Below are positions 37,158 through 49,286 of a stretch of DNA of 64,000 nucleotides, one piece after another (the first letter of the stretch is position 1; every line of letters begins with the position of its first letter). Below the pieces are notes generated by a model. That model was not told where the DNA came from. It searched no databases and saw nothing but the letters and a program-made list of their open reading frames with translations. The DNA comes from Carcharhinus longimanus (lineage: Eukaryota): the NCBI GenBank assembly GCA_030264375.1, contig JASCQW010000132.1, forward strand, positions 57,631,729-57,695,728, in the 5' to 3' direction. Made by a program: the position numbers and the translations under genes.

Positions 37158-37441
37158 GGGCAGCATGGTGGCACAGTGGTTAGCACTGCAACTTCTCAGC
37201 ACCAGGGACTCAGGTTCAATTACAGCCTTGAGTGACTGTGGAGTTTGTAATGTTCTCCCTGTGTCTGCATGGGTTTCCTCTCACTTTGCAAAGGTGTGCA
37301 GGTTAGATGGATTAGCCATGGTAAATGCCTAGAGTTATGAGGATAGGGCAGAAGGAAGGGACAGGGTAAGATGCCCTTTTGGAGAGTCAGTGCAAACTTA
37401 ACTGAGCGAATGGTCTCTTTCTGCACTGTAGGAATTCTATA
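37158..37441 (+). mobile_element. HE1/V-SINE, CR1-type tail
   Basis: GGGCAGCATGGTGGCACAGTGGTTAGCACTGC head; tail CTGCACTGTAGGAATTCTAT. Confidence 0.88.
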
Positions 37442-37442
37442 G

Positions 37443-37706
37443 TAAAGTTTATTTATTAGTCACAAGTAAGACGTACATTAACACAGCGATGAAGTTACTA
37501 CGAAATTCCCCTACTCGCCACACTCCGGCGCCTGTTCGGGTCAATGCACCTAACCAGTACATCTTTCAAACTGTGGGAGGAAGCTGGAGCTCCCGGAGGA
37601 AACTCACAGACACGGGGAGAACGTGCAAATTCCACACAGACAGTGACCCAAGCTGGGATTCGAACCTGGATCCCTGTGAGGCCACCAGGGGCCACCGTGA
37701 TGCCCC
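37443..37706 (-). mobile_element. HE1/V-SINE, alternative-tail subfamily, tail-to-tail with the previous copy
   Basis: AAAGTTTATTTATTAGTCACAAGT tail (reverse complement), V-domain, B box GGTTCGAATCC. Confidence 0.88.
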
Positions 37707-38674
37707 AAGTTCTATTCTCTGGTTAAAAGCGTGGTATATTTCTGGCTGTACACTTTCAAGAATCTCACTCTAACTGAAACAGGAGGTATTATTAGTAATC
37801 CTTCCAACGATGAAGGATCCCTTTCTGTAACTTCACATTGTGAAACCACAGAGCAAATTTTCCATCATATCCCACAAACACTTCAAAGCCAGTGGAAAAG
37901 AATTGCGCTTACAAGGTCTCTGATATGGCAGGGCTCTCTAAACTTTGTCATCTTAATGACTGCTGCACACCAAGAAGCTCTGAATAACTAATAACAACAT
38001 AAAAATGAAAATCATGGAAGGCTAACAATTTGCAGAACAAAGCTTATAACTTTTCAAACTATTTTTAGAACCAAGCAACATTTGTTATTTCAAGGAGTGT
38101 ATTTTTCTCATCATCTTGCTGGGTATATTTCTCAATTACAATTATTAGCTGTTTTCTACATGTTTGCATTTAAATACAATTGGAATTATATTAGCAAAAG
38201 TTTTTTTTAAGTATTCCTGTTTAAATTTCATAACTTTGCCTGTGACCTTACCTTTACTGAATGTGACCTTCACTTCTCCTCACCAGTCAGTGCCTCTCCA
38301 CCTATGACCAATTCTAACTGGTTCAAGCTCTAACCTGTGCAAACTAGACCTGCAGTGTGAAGCCCCAGACTAAGCCCAGCCAACTTGATCTCTGTGACCT
38401 CCAAATGTGACCATGCTTTCCAAATCCTTATCGTCATTTATAAATCTCTTTGCCCCAACTCTAATGTTACAACTCAAGGTTACTGGACCTCTATTGCTGC
38501 CCTCTGAAATATTACACTTTTTCTTTTATAGTTCACTGTTTAATTGTAGTAATGATAGGAGCTTCTGCACTTACTACCCATCCCTAGTTGCCCAAGAAAT
38601 TGGTGGTGGATCTTCTTACTGCTTACTCATATAACTGAGTGGGATTTTAGTCTACTTTAGTGGATAGTCATAGA

Positions 38675-39044
38675 GGTAGGAGATGGCCTAGTGGCATTAT
38701 CACTGGACTATTAATCCAGGAACTCAGCTAATGCCTTGGGGACCCAAGTTTGAATCCCATCATAGCAAACGGTAAAGTCAATAAAAAAAAAATCTGGAAT
38801 TAAGAATCTACTGATGACCATGAAACCATTGTCACTTGTTGGAAAAACCCATTTGGTTCATAAATGTCCTTTACGGAAGAAAATCTGCTGTCCTTACCTG
38901 GTCTGCTCTACATATGACTCCAGAGCCACAGCAATGTGATTGATTCTCAACTGTCCTCTGAAATGGTTTAGCCAAGAGCAGCGAGGTATGCGCAATAAAT
39001 GCTGGCCGGCCAGCAACACCCATGTCCCATGGATGAATAAAAAG
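38675..39044 (+). mobile_element. tRNA-derived SINE family B (3' tail shared with the LINE at 21520/57930)
   Basis: ATGGCCTAGTGG A box, GTTTGAATCCC B box, core CTGATGACCATGAAACCATTG...CCTTACCTGGTCTG, tail CAATAAATGCTGGCC...CCCATGGATGAATAAAAA. Confidence 0.85.
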
Positions 39045-40856
39045 TGCTACGTTTAGGGGAAAAATTACAGGTTTCCTTAGTGAAAAGTTGGACTTTTAAA
39101 ACAATCTGATATCTTCATGGCAACTTTTACTGAACCTGGCTTTTTATTTCCTAGTTTGTTTTTTTAACAACTTTCCATGGCTGGATTTGAGCATTGGATA
39201 GAGGCACATGTCAACAGGTGACAGCGAGAGCACACAGATATATGGATGTATGGTAAATGGAAAGTATTAGATGAACCTGTATGCGTACACTTGACAGATG
39301 TCTGTAGTATGGTCACAGTACCAGACTCTGAGCAGAAGCTTAGTGAGGTACAGTGGTTTCCTTGTTCTTAGTTCAAAACCAGCCTGGCAGAGGTACAGGC
39401 AAAACTCACTGCGGTGTGCACCAAGGTCTGATCACTCACACACACGAATATAGAATGGCCCATTCAGTATTTTAAAATTACTGAGCGGTCGCTCCAACTA
39501 TCCAGTACATTTGCAGGATTTTTGTTTCACTGGGGGAAGTGGGGGTTGGATGTTAGACTACATTAACTGAATATTGAATTCAAAACAGCAAAACAGCCCA
39601 AATTCTGATTTGCCTGAGGCACCTTGATAGTATGCAGTCTAAACACTGATTCACGCAGAGAAGTACTTCTTTGCACATGCTGTTTAGCACGTGGTGAAGC
39701 CGACAGAGGAAGCCACTGTGTTAGACTGAAACCACCTGGTGACTCCTGGTGTCACGGTCACATGAATAATGCTCTATAAATTCAGGTTGCTGCTGTGCTT
39801 ATTCCTAGAATGAGAATTTCTGCCACTGTGTGCAAAAACAGCAAAAATATTCCATTCTAAGTATGGCTACTCAGCAAGTATGCTCAAAGTAGCTACGCAC
39901 AGCATGTCACACTGGTTCCTCAATAAATCGCCTTTTTGTCTGCACAGGCAAGCAGCAATGTTCTTTAACAGTATAACAACCAAGAGTTACAAAAGCATTG
40001 ATGATGCTTACACATTTTTTGACTAGAAAAGAGCTTGAAGGCTGCAGGCCAGCACGCAACCATAACATATTCTGTCATAAGTCTAAATTCAATATTTATC
40101 TTTCACTGAACTGACCTCATCACTAAGTATGCTGAATGCAATGGGCTAATAGGACATTGATGGCCAGCTTGAATCCAAATCCTGCACTGGGTAGATACTT
40201 TGTCAAGATACATAGTTATGGAGGCACTGATCTCTATAAAATGACACAGTTTTTGTTCTAAGTTGCAAAATCTCAGTCATGGGACAGAACCCACATATAG
40301 GACACCACCAAGATTGAAACAAGCAATCGAAGCAATGAAGAATTAAATCAGGAAACTGTGACTTGCTGACTCCAAGCTTGTAATCCAAGAGTCCTGGTAA
40401 TGAATAATTTGAAGTGCAGACCAGCACAATGAATCATTTAGACACGAAACTCTTTTGGGTTCAAATGCTTTACCGGCATTTGTGCAGTCTGAACAGAATA
40501 CTAGGAAATGTAGTTTTGCAATTTGTCTCTAATGGCTCGAGTCGCTGAATTAAAAACTTGTCAATGTCATTCAAGTCAAGAAGATTCCAACATTCTTTAA
40601 CAGCTTGAACTAAAGCAGAATGGGCTTTTCTGAAGCAACATCAAAAGATAATAAGCTGATGTAACATAAATCAAAATGATCATTCCTTGAGATGGGAAAT
40701 ATAAGTTGCCAAGTTAGAAAAATATTCAGATTATTTGAAAAAGTGGTTCAATCATTATATTTCCAATTCTAAACCTGAACATGCTGTTTCATATTGATTG
40801 AGTTTTAAGGAGCACTTCACTGTGTGACTTCTTTATTCAATACTGATTCACTCATC

Positions 40857-41515
40857 CAATGGCATTACCATCACTGAATCCCCCCACTATTAACAGCCTG
40901 ACCAACGACCAGAAACTGAACTATACTCGTCATGTAAATACCGTGATCCCCAGAGCAGACCAAAGGCTAGGAATCCTGTGGCGAGTAACTTACCTCCTGA
41001 CTCCCCAAAGTCTATGCACCACTACAAGGCACAAATCAGGAGTGTGATGGAGTACTCTCCAATTGCATGCATGAGCACAGCTCCAGCAACACTCAAGAAA
41101 TCTGACACCATCCAGGACAAAGCAGCCCATTCAATTCTTACCCCTCNNNNNNNNNNNNNNNNNNNNNNNNNNNNNNNNNNNNNNNNNNNNNNNNNNNNNN
41201 NNNNNNNNNNNNNNNNNNNNNNNNNNNNNNNNNNNNNNNNNNNNNNNNNNNNNNNNNNNNNNNNNNNNNNNNNNNNNNNNNNNNNNNNNNNNNNNNNNNN
41301 NNNNNNNNNNNNNNNNNNNNNNNNNNNNNNNNNNNNNNNNNNNNNNNNNNNNNNNNNNNNNNNNNNNNNNNNNNNNNNNNNNNNNNNNNNNNNNNNNNNN
41401 NNNNNNNNNNNNNNNNNNNNNNNNNNNNNNNNNNGAAGCTCACCACCATCTTCTGAAGGGAAACTTGGGATGGGCAATAAATATTGGCCTAGCCAGCAGT
41501 GCCCACATCCCAACG
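40857..41515 (+). mobile_element. LINE 3' fragment (same family as 21520-22860), gap inside
   Basis: YKAQIRSVMEYSPIACMSTAPATLKKSDTIQDKAA; tail GGGATGGGCAATAAATATTGGCCTAGCCAGC. Confidence 0.85.
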
Positions 41516-42178
41516 CTTTATTCACATTGTAATGTTGCAGCAAAAGCTACAAGATAAACAGCCTGTACAACTTATCACGTTGTGGATTTGCTATTACGAG
41601 CGATCAGACTGGATATTTCATTCAGTTAATTGTGCTGACCTTCGTTCCAATTTAGCAGAATGTGAACATGCACAGCTGCAAGCAGTTGTTGTAAAGAAGG
41701 AATCTGACAGGCACATCATCTCTTAGTTTTTCATCCATGTTAAAATATTAATCTAGAAACTCAGATGTCAACCCCGTCAATTAATCATTTAAAATGTTAA
41801 ACCCTTGCAGGTGTTAACATGCAAAAGTCATCATTCATGTTAAGTATACCTGTATTTCAGCTGTGTGATGCATCTTAAATCCTTGAAGTGTATATTTAAC
41901 AATGGCACCTAATATCGTATATATTACAATATCAAGTTGGGATTACTAAGGCTTAGGGATATTTTTCTTCTGGTTATTAAACAGTCTGTTGTTTTACTGT
42001 AACTGGGTATAGATATCAGACAATCGCCTGGCACATCCTTTAGTCTTTTTAATGTCAAAGCTAGAGGGAAAGGCCAAGCACGATAGCACAGAAAACTAAT
42101 ATAGTTGGAAAAAGATCAGAAAAGAAAGCTAAGAAATACTGATTCGGTAATGTCAGACGTGGGTTTTGAAGGAGCCTT

Positions 42179-43430
42179 AGGCTGAGATTTTCACCAGGAT
42201 GGAGAGAGTCTCTAGAACTGCATAAAAACTCCACATCCCACCTCCGAACAAGGCATTTCCCATTGTTACATTCTGCACATGTGAATTCTACAGAGGCCAT
42301 TTAAATTGTCTGCTGCCTCCAATCTGGTTGGAGTTTGGAAATCAGGGAGTGTGGATCCCAAAATGCGCAAAGTGGGCCTGATAGGAGCAGGTCAGAACTT
42401 GGCATATTTCTTTGGACAGCCAGATGGGAGCCCTTGGAAAGGCAGGGTACACCTGTGGAATTTACTTAACAATTTTATTCACAGCCCCAGAAGTGACCCA
42501 AAGGAGTAATAGGGTGGGGCTCCAAAGTCTGTCTGGGCAATTATTTTTGCTCCTGCTGATTCTTGCACCCAGGTGCTGGAGAAAGGCAGAGAGAGATTCC
42601 TGTGAAGGAACATAGAAAATGGCCATAGCAGCCTTGCATAGTGAGGCCACAGAGGCCAGTCACAATGAGTAGCCAGGGATCAGAAGGTCAGGATGGAAAG
42701 GCTGCTGCCCAAGGAGGAGGAGGAGGAACACTTCCTTGTGGGAAGTATAAGACCAAAGATATTACACCTCAATTTGACAGAGAACCAGTTGCAAATGTAT
42801 CTGAAGCTAGGCCATGAAATGGGGACAGAGATATGTCACATGATGCAGCGGCAACTACAAACCATTGACCCCATATCTTGCCAGCGGCTGACAAGTTAAG
42901 CACTGCTCTCAGTTTATACTCAAGGTCTTTCCAGGGATCCTGAGGAGACCTGCTTGGTACATCCCAGTCAGCAGCACAAAGCTACAACTAATAGACTGTT
43001 TGCTCCTATGGGAGAACCACCTTAAATTCCTTACAGATTTAGTATCTCAGACCCAGAAATCCATGGTCTTTACCCAATTAACAGACTTCTCTCAGGGGCA
43101 GAGTGTTATTGATTGCACCCATGTTTCCAAAAAGAACCCAATTCAACATGCAGACACCTTAGTCAAAAACTGTTCTACTCAAAGTACAGGTGGCTTGCGA
43201 CCACGACAAGGCCTTTTCCTTTATGTGCGAGAGCTTCTCTGGCAGTTGCTGTGACTCCTTCATATCAAAAGTGTTCTCAATACCCTAAACTATTTCAGCA
43301 CCAACCCAAGAGTGCATTCAAAAAAAATCCTTTCAAAACAAAGCTCCAAATTGCTTTTGTGTTTTTCAATGTTGAGTGCCCTATGAAGCTTCCACATGCA
43401 TTCAGTAACAGCAGCTAACTCCCCCGCTCC
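42179..43430 (+). mobile_element. Harbinger/PIF transposase pseudogene
   Basis: ORF 43000-43254 contains QSVIDCTHV (HARBI1-type G.IDCTH DDE motif); upstream remnants GSFQG..GDLLGTSQSAA; left end GGCTGAGATTTTC. Confidence 0.7.
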
Positions 43431-43577
43431 GTTCACTGGTGTGTTGGCGAGCACCGGTAGGAATTCTCTTGGACTCCAGAAATTTTGCTGGGGTCAGCCA
43501 GAAGGGCACAAACACACTCTGCAAAATTCTAGCTGCATTGCTGTCTGTAAAGAAACTCCTGGTTATTTTGGTGAGCA

Positions 43578-43652
43578 CAGTAAAAAGTCTGACAACACCA
43601 GGTTTTAGTCCAACCTATTTACTTGATAATAGACTCACAAGCTTTCGGGGTT
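43578..43652. mobile_element. Penelope-like terminal repeat running into a gap
   Basis: AAAAGTCTGACAACACCAGGTTTTAGTCCAAC...AAGCTTTCGG, homologous to the left arm at 46338. Confidence 0.55.
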
Positions 43653-43997
43653 NNNNNNNNNNNNNNNNNNNNNNNNNNNNNNNNNNNNNNNNNNNNNNNN
43701 NNNNNNNNNNNNNNNNNNNNNNNNNNNNNNNNNNNNNNNNNNNNNNNNNNNNNNNNNNNNNNNNNNNNNNNNNNNNNNNNNNNNNNNNNNNNNNNNNNNN
43801 NNNNNNNNNNNNNNNNNNNNNNNNNNNNNNNNNNNNNNNNNNNNNNNNNNNNNNNNNNNNNNNNNNNNNNNNNNNNNNNNNNNNNNNNNNNNNNNNNNNN
43901 NNNNNNNNNNNNNNNNNNNNNNNNNNNNNNNNNNNNNNNNNNNNNNNNNNNNNNNNNNNNNNNNNNNNNNNNNNNNNNNNNNNNNNNNNNNNNNNNN

Positions 43998-44048
43998 GTC
44001 CCTGGCGCTATGAAGCAGCAGTGCTAACAACTGTGCTACCGTGCCGTG
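43998..44048 (-). mobile_element. HE1/V-SINE 5' head (remainder in gap)
   Basis: Reverse complement GCACGGCACGGTAGCACAGTTGTTAGCACTGCTGCTTCATAGCGCCAGGGAC. Confidence 0.8.
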
Positions 44049-44519
44049 CGGTTTCTGATCTACTCCCAAGGTTTGCCCTGAATCTCCAAGCTCCAGGCTT
44101 AGCAAATAACTTTTCATGTGGAACTCACTCAAATGATTTTTATGAGTCAGTACATTTAACCCTCAAGTTTACCACTATACAGTCTTAAATAAGGCCTTTC
44201 CCCTTGAAACAGTGAGACCAGTGGTGATCCCATCACGTTAAATAGTTCAACAAATTCCACATATGGAAAACAAATAAGTGTGGTAAGATTGTGCTGTTAC
44301 TGGTCTGGGCTGGAGGAGGGCCAAGAAATGCAAAGCTGTAACTGAGGATTACATTGTGTAGTTTCTAATCTGCAAGGTAATGGGAATAAATAGGCTGTGA
44401 CATCTGGAAATCTTGTGCTGTTTTATAACACAGGAATCATAGTACTTTCTTCAGGGTAATAAAAATATTTTTAAAATATGTGGTGGTTAAATCTTGATAT
44501 TATTATTACACAGTACTTA

Positions 44520-45265
44520 TAGCAAAGAAACAAGTCCATACTGGTGTTTTAAGTTCTGTACAAACCTTCTCTCACTCTTCCTCACCTGGCTCCATTAACA
44601 TTCTCTATTATTCCTTTCTCATTCATGTATTTATTTAGTTTCCTCTTAAACATATCCATGTGATTCACCTCAAAAACTCCTTGTGGTAGTGAGCCCTACA
44701 TTCTACCCATTCCCCAAGTAAAAGGCATTTTCTGCATTCCTTATTTGATTTATTAATGACTATGTTATATTTATCGTCCCTCGTTCTGGTCTCGCCCACG
44801 ATGTTTTCCTGTCATCAATCCTATCACTTTCATCATCTTAAAGACCTCCACCTAGACCACAACTCCTTATTCTTTCAGACACAAGTCCCAGCTTGCTTGG
44901 TCTTTCTTGATCAGTTCTGATAAAATTCTAAGACATTTTTCTTGCATTTTCTCCAGTGCTTTTATATCCTTTTCATGATATAGAGAGAACTGTTCCAAGC
45001 GATCATCAAATAAAGGAATGGTTTACAAAGAACAAAGAAAAGTACAGCACAGGAAGAGGCCCTTCGGCCCTTCAAGCCTGTGCCAATCATGATGCACTAA
45101 ACAAAATCTTCTGCCCTTACCAGGTCTGTATCACTCTATTCCCCCCTGTACCCATCCAGTTGCCTCTTAAATGTCGTTAATATGCCTGCTTCCACCAGTT
45201 CCTCTGGCAGCCCATTCCAGGTACCCACCACTCTCTGCGTAATAAGCTTCCCCCACACTGTTTCC
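44520..45265 (-). mobile_element. Two CR1 LINE 3' fragments (older 44520-45000, younger 45025-45265)
   Basis: (ACAAAGA)n tail plus AGCACAGGAAGAGGCCCTTCGGCCC; minus ORF TQRVVGTWNGLPEELVEAGILTTFKRQLDGY. Confidence 0.8.
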
Positions 45266-46337
45266 ACACAGGAAGCAACCATTTGGCCTGTCGTGTCTCT
45301 GCTAGCCCTCTTTAAGAGCAATTAATTTATTGTCATACTCCTGATATTCCCCCATAGCCCAGCAAAATTTCCTTTCTCAGTTAATAATACAATCCCCATC
45401 TGAAATCTTCAGTTGACCCTGTCTCCACCTAATCACATTTAGTGAAGTCACCATAGTCGACAGTGATTAAACAATTCTGTGGTTGATGAGTTGTTAGCTC
45501 CCCTGACCTGCTGGCTTGGTGTTACTCTTGGCTGCTGTATAGCAGATGTGAACAAAAGTCCAGCAAATTGTGTGCATACATGTCTTGTTGTAACTGTGAT
45601 ACTTCTTTTAAGGTGGTGAGTCATGCAATATATTATTTCATCCAGTATACACTGTACTATTGGGTCATTGGTTCACAGTGATTGAGCAAATCAACTGACC
45701 TGGATTACTCTTTTGAGTTTAATAATAATATTAATTTTATTATTACATTTTTAAGTACAAGGTCCAAATGAGTATGGTAGAGAAGATATTCCATGTTTCA
45801 AGTAAAAAGGAGCAATATCAGAAAGACAAGGTTGGTTATATTGGATGATGCTGCTGGGAGGCTAACCTTGTGAATTTTTTGAGTTGGAATAATGGATTGA
45901 GAGAGGACTCAGAGGTATGAGGGTTCAGGAACACTGGGAACAAATCTGTGGCATTTCAGGACACAGGGAAGTAATGGTGCTTGGAAGCATTGACAGGGGT
46001 TTGTTGAGAGTGGGGAGGGTGTTTCATTATGGCAAAACTGGTGTGGTAGGAGTGGGAAAGTAAGTTAAAGTACAATCAACTAAGGTTTAATGTTTAATCC
46101 TTGTCTCATTACAAATTATTCAGGCATTGGGCAGACAAAGGCACAATGACTTGATTATCTCAGTCATATTTTTGAGTCACAAGCTGAAGGGTCAAGTAAC
46201 TCTCTGAGGGGAAGGGAAAGAATTGAAGGGAGAGTAGTCAGTATTACAGTGCCAGAAGCAAATCTGCCAGTTTCTTTAACGGGACAGGGTAGAAACTAAG
46301 AATATGAAGAAACTTGCAACCTCCCAAAGTAAATACC

Positions 46338-46488
46338 GTAAGAAGTCTCACAACACCAGGTTAAAGAACAGGTTTATTTGGTAGCACGAGCTTTCGGAGC
46401 ACTGCCCCTTCAGCAGAAGCAGCGGTCCAAAAGCTCGTGCTATTAAATAAACTTTGGACTTTAACTTGATGTCGTGAGATTTCTTACT
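46338..46488. repeat. Imperfect ~150-bp palindrome of Penelope-like terminal repeats
   Basis: GTAAGAAGTCTCACAACACCAGGTTAAAG...TAGCACGAGCTTT pairs with AAAGCTCGTGCTA...CTTTAACTTGATGTCGTGAGATTTCTTAC. Confidence 0.75.
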
Positions 46489-46679
46489 TGCCTATCCCAG
46501 TTCAATGCTGGCATTTCCGCAGCAAAATAAATATGAAGTATTTAAACTTAAAGATATAAATTAAGTCCCATTGTTGTGCATGCGATCTGAAAAATTACAA
46601 CATGCTTTCATTCAGTTCTTTTCAAAACACAGGAAGGTTTGCTTTCACATTATTGCCACTACTCTAAATGCTGTTAGTT

Positions 46680-47797
46680 CACAGAATCTTTGCAATGCAG
46701 AAGGAAGCAAGTTAGCCATCAAGTCCATACTGGCTCTCTAAAAGAAAATCCAAACTCCTCTACCTTCTCCCTTTAATTGTGCAATTTTTTTTCATACAGC
46801 AATCCGATTTCCTTTTGAATATCTTGTTTGAACTTGCCTCCACTGCCGACTTGGGGAGTTTGTTTCAGGCTCCAACCCCTTCTGGGTACTTTATTTCCCC
46901 CTCACACATCACTTCTGCTTATTTTTCCTATTATTCTGAATCTGTGCCCTTTAGTTCCTCATGTACTCTTGAAGGAGAACAGTTTCTCACTCTTTATCCT
47001 GTCCATACCCTTCAGGATTTTGAATGCCTGTATTGAATCTCTTCTCACACTTGCTTTCTCCAAGGAAAACATCCCAAGTCTCTCCAATTTATCCTTCTAG
47101 TTACAACTGTTTATCCCTGGAATCATTCTTGTGAATCTCCCCCGTACTCTCGCCAATGCTTTCACATCCTTCCTCAAGTATGGTGCTCAGAACTAGGCAC
47201 AATACTCCAGATGAGGCCTGATTCGTGTATTACATAAATTCAACATGACTTCCTTACTCTTGTACTCAATGACCCAATTAATAAAACCCAAAATGCTAAA
47301 TTGTTCAGTAATTGATCTCTCAACATGCCCAGCCAACTTCAATGACTGCTGTACATATACACCAAGATCTCTTGGTCCCTGCACATCCTTTAGAAGTTCT
47401 CCCTTTATTTTAGACTGTCCCTCCAAATTCTTCCTATCAAAATGAATCATCTCACATTTTTCTGTATTGAATTGCATCTGCCACATCCGTGTATGTTCTT
47501 TTCAAGTTCAAGACTATCCTCATCACAGTTGACAATGCTTCCAATCTTCATATCATCTGTAAATTTTTAAATCATGACCCGCACACCACAGTCTAGGTCA
47601 CTAATATATATCAGGAAGAGCAAGGGTCTCAATACTGACCCCTGGGGAATCCACTGCAAACCTTCCTCCAATCTGAAACACAACCATTTATCTTACTTTC
47701 TGTTTCCTGTCACTCAGCTAATTTCTTATCCAAGTGTCTACCTTCCCTTTTATTCCACGAGTTAGAATTTTGCTCACAATTTGGTGTGTGGCACTCA
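46680..47797 (-). mobile_element. CR1 LINE 3' 1.1 kb
   Basis: Minus ORF WQMQFNTEKCEMIHF...RDLGVYV...EYKSKEVMLNLCNTRIRPHLEYC; PQGSVL at about 47645. Confidence 0.88.
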
Positions 47798-47810
47798 AAG
47801 CGGAACTCAC

Positions 47811-47886
47811 CATTATATCACCTTTTAGCAGCTGGGCTGGCTCAATCGAAATGCAAATTCTGCTTTGATTTTCTGTCCCAACATTA
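47811..47886 (-). CDS. TNS3: Tensin-3 exon, C2 domain (NVGTENQSRICISIEPAQLLKGDIM), 76 nt, phase 2->0
   Basis: ttttttttcag|TAATGTTGGG...GATATAATG|gtgagt. Confidence 0.96.
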
Positions 47887-48121
47887 CTGAAAAAAAAAGG
47901 AAAATGAAAAATGTTATAGAATCACATAATTCTTTTCACAGCACCAAAAGGGGCCATTCATCTCGTCATGGAGGGGAGAGAGCTTGGGTAAGAGTTGATG
48001 CAGGCACAATGGGCTGAATGGCATCCTTCTGCACGGCAGGCATTCTATGTCAGTGACCTTTACACAAGGGTGACAGTACTAAAGTAAAAAAAGTAGTAAT
48101 ATTTACAATTGCAAAACTTAC

Positions 48122-48182
48122 TAGATTCCTGATGTGTAGACTGGTTGCATTGCTTGGTAAATCTTTAGAAAAGGGCGACAAA
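48122..48182 (-). CDS. TNS3: Tensin-3 exon, C2 domain ([21 protein letters not shown]), 61 nt, phase 1->2
   Basis: ttttacag|TTTGTCGCCCT...GGAATCTA|gtaagt. Confidence 0.96.
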
Positions 48183-49286
48183 CTGTAAAATAAAAAGTGA
48201 TAGTTTCTTGCATTTAGAATGTTTGATGTTGGTTACCTGTATCAAGTGAAATGTTAAAGGTATGGAAAAGTATATATTGTCTTTAACTATATTGATAGCT
48301 ATATTACTCTATAGTATACACTGTTCCTCAAATTAATTTTGCAAAGAAATGCAAAAGGAATGAATAACCTGATGCACTGTACTCTAAAAAGGATTTATTT
48401 TTGCAAAATAATTCACTGGCCTCAGTCAGCAATTAAAAACAAATAAATTGTAAGGTAATTATTTTTCTCATTCCAGTGAAGACTATTTTTATTTCAATTC
48501 ATATAAAATGTTTGAGTTATTAGGAGAGGCTGGATAGATTGGGACTTTTTTCTCTGGAGCGTAGGATCTAGACAGAAGTTCCAAATTTGCACAGGTCACA
48601 ATCATGAGCACCAGCACTCTCGATAACTGGCCCAGCTGGGATGAGATAAAGAGTATAGCAGCTACACCACATGGGTACAGCAAGGGGCCGCCTGCACAGG
48701 TTGGCATTGGTCTTGGCTGTCCTTTCACACATTAGAAACAGCAAATTAATTTTTCAATGCCAGGTCCCAGTGTACCAGCTTTGAAACCTACACTGAATAT
48801 GATAATATGCAACAACCAGCTCAGAGACCCACTGCTATCAGCTTTGCCTCCTTCTCACCAGGGATCCCAATAATTGAACTAACTTTTTCTTTCTTCTAAC
48901 AAAGCATTAGTATCATTCATAGTATTTTCAGCTTTTCAATTTAGTTGAAGAACATACATCAATTTTGCCAGTATTAAGCATGAGAAAAATATTTGGCGCT
49001 TAAACCTCAAAAAAACGATTTTGCATTTTTAATCACGCTTCAAATAGTAGTCTGATCTTTTTTAGTTCAATTTAGCCGCACACAGTTTTCTGAAGAGAAA
49101 TCAACTGGTTCTGTCTAACTGATCCTGGCTATACCAGCTGAAGAAGTCATGGCAGCAGGAGTTACAGTATAATGCGATTGTGCCAATGAGGCAATTTGGA
49201 GACTGAGAAAAGAGCAAATGAGGTTTAACTTGCCCTTTCACAGTTACATTAGTGAATATCAATGTTCACCTATTTCAAAGTATTAC

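Larger units (their letters stand above)
10123..43997. other. Assembly gaps: 10123-10222, 19246-19255, 25855-25954, 30055-30064, 30321-30420, 31920-32019, 41147-41434, 43653-43997
   Basis: N runs; the 100-N gaps abut young repeat ends, so true lengths are probably unknown. Confidence 0.95.

Noticed and set aside
40978-44188. Long ORFs containing X runs
   Set aside because: Artefacts of translating through N gaps
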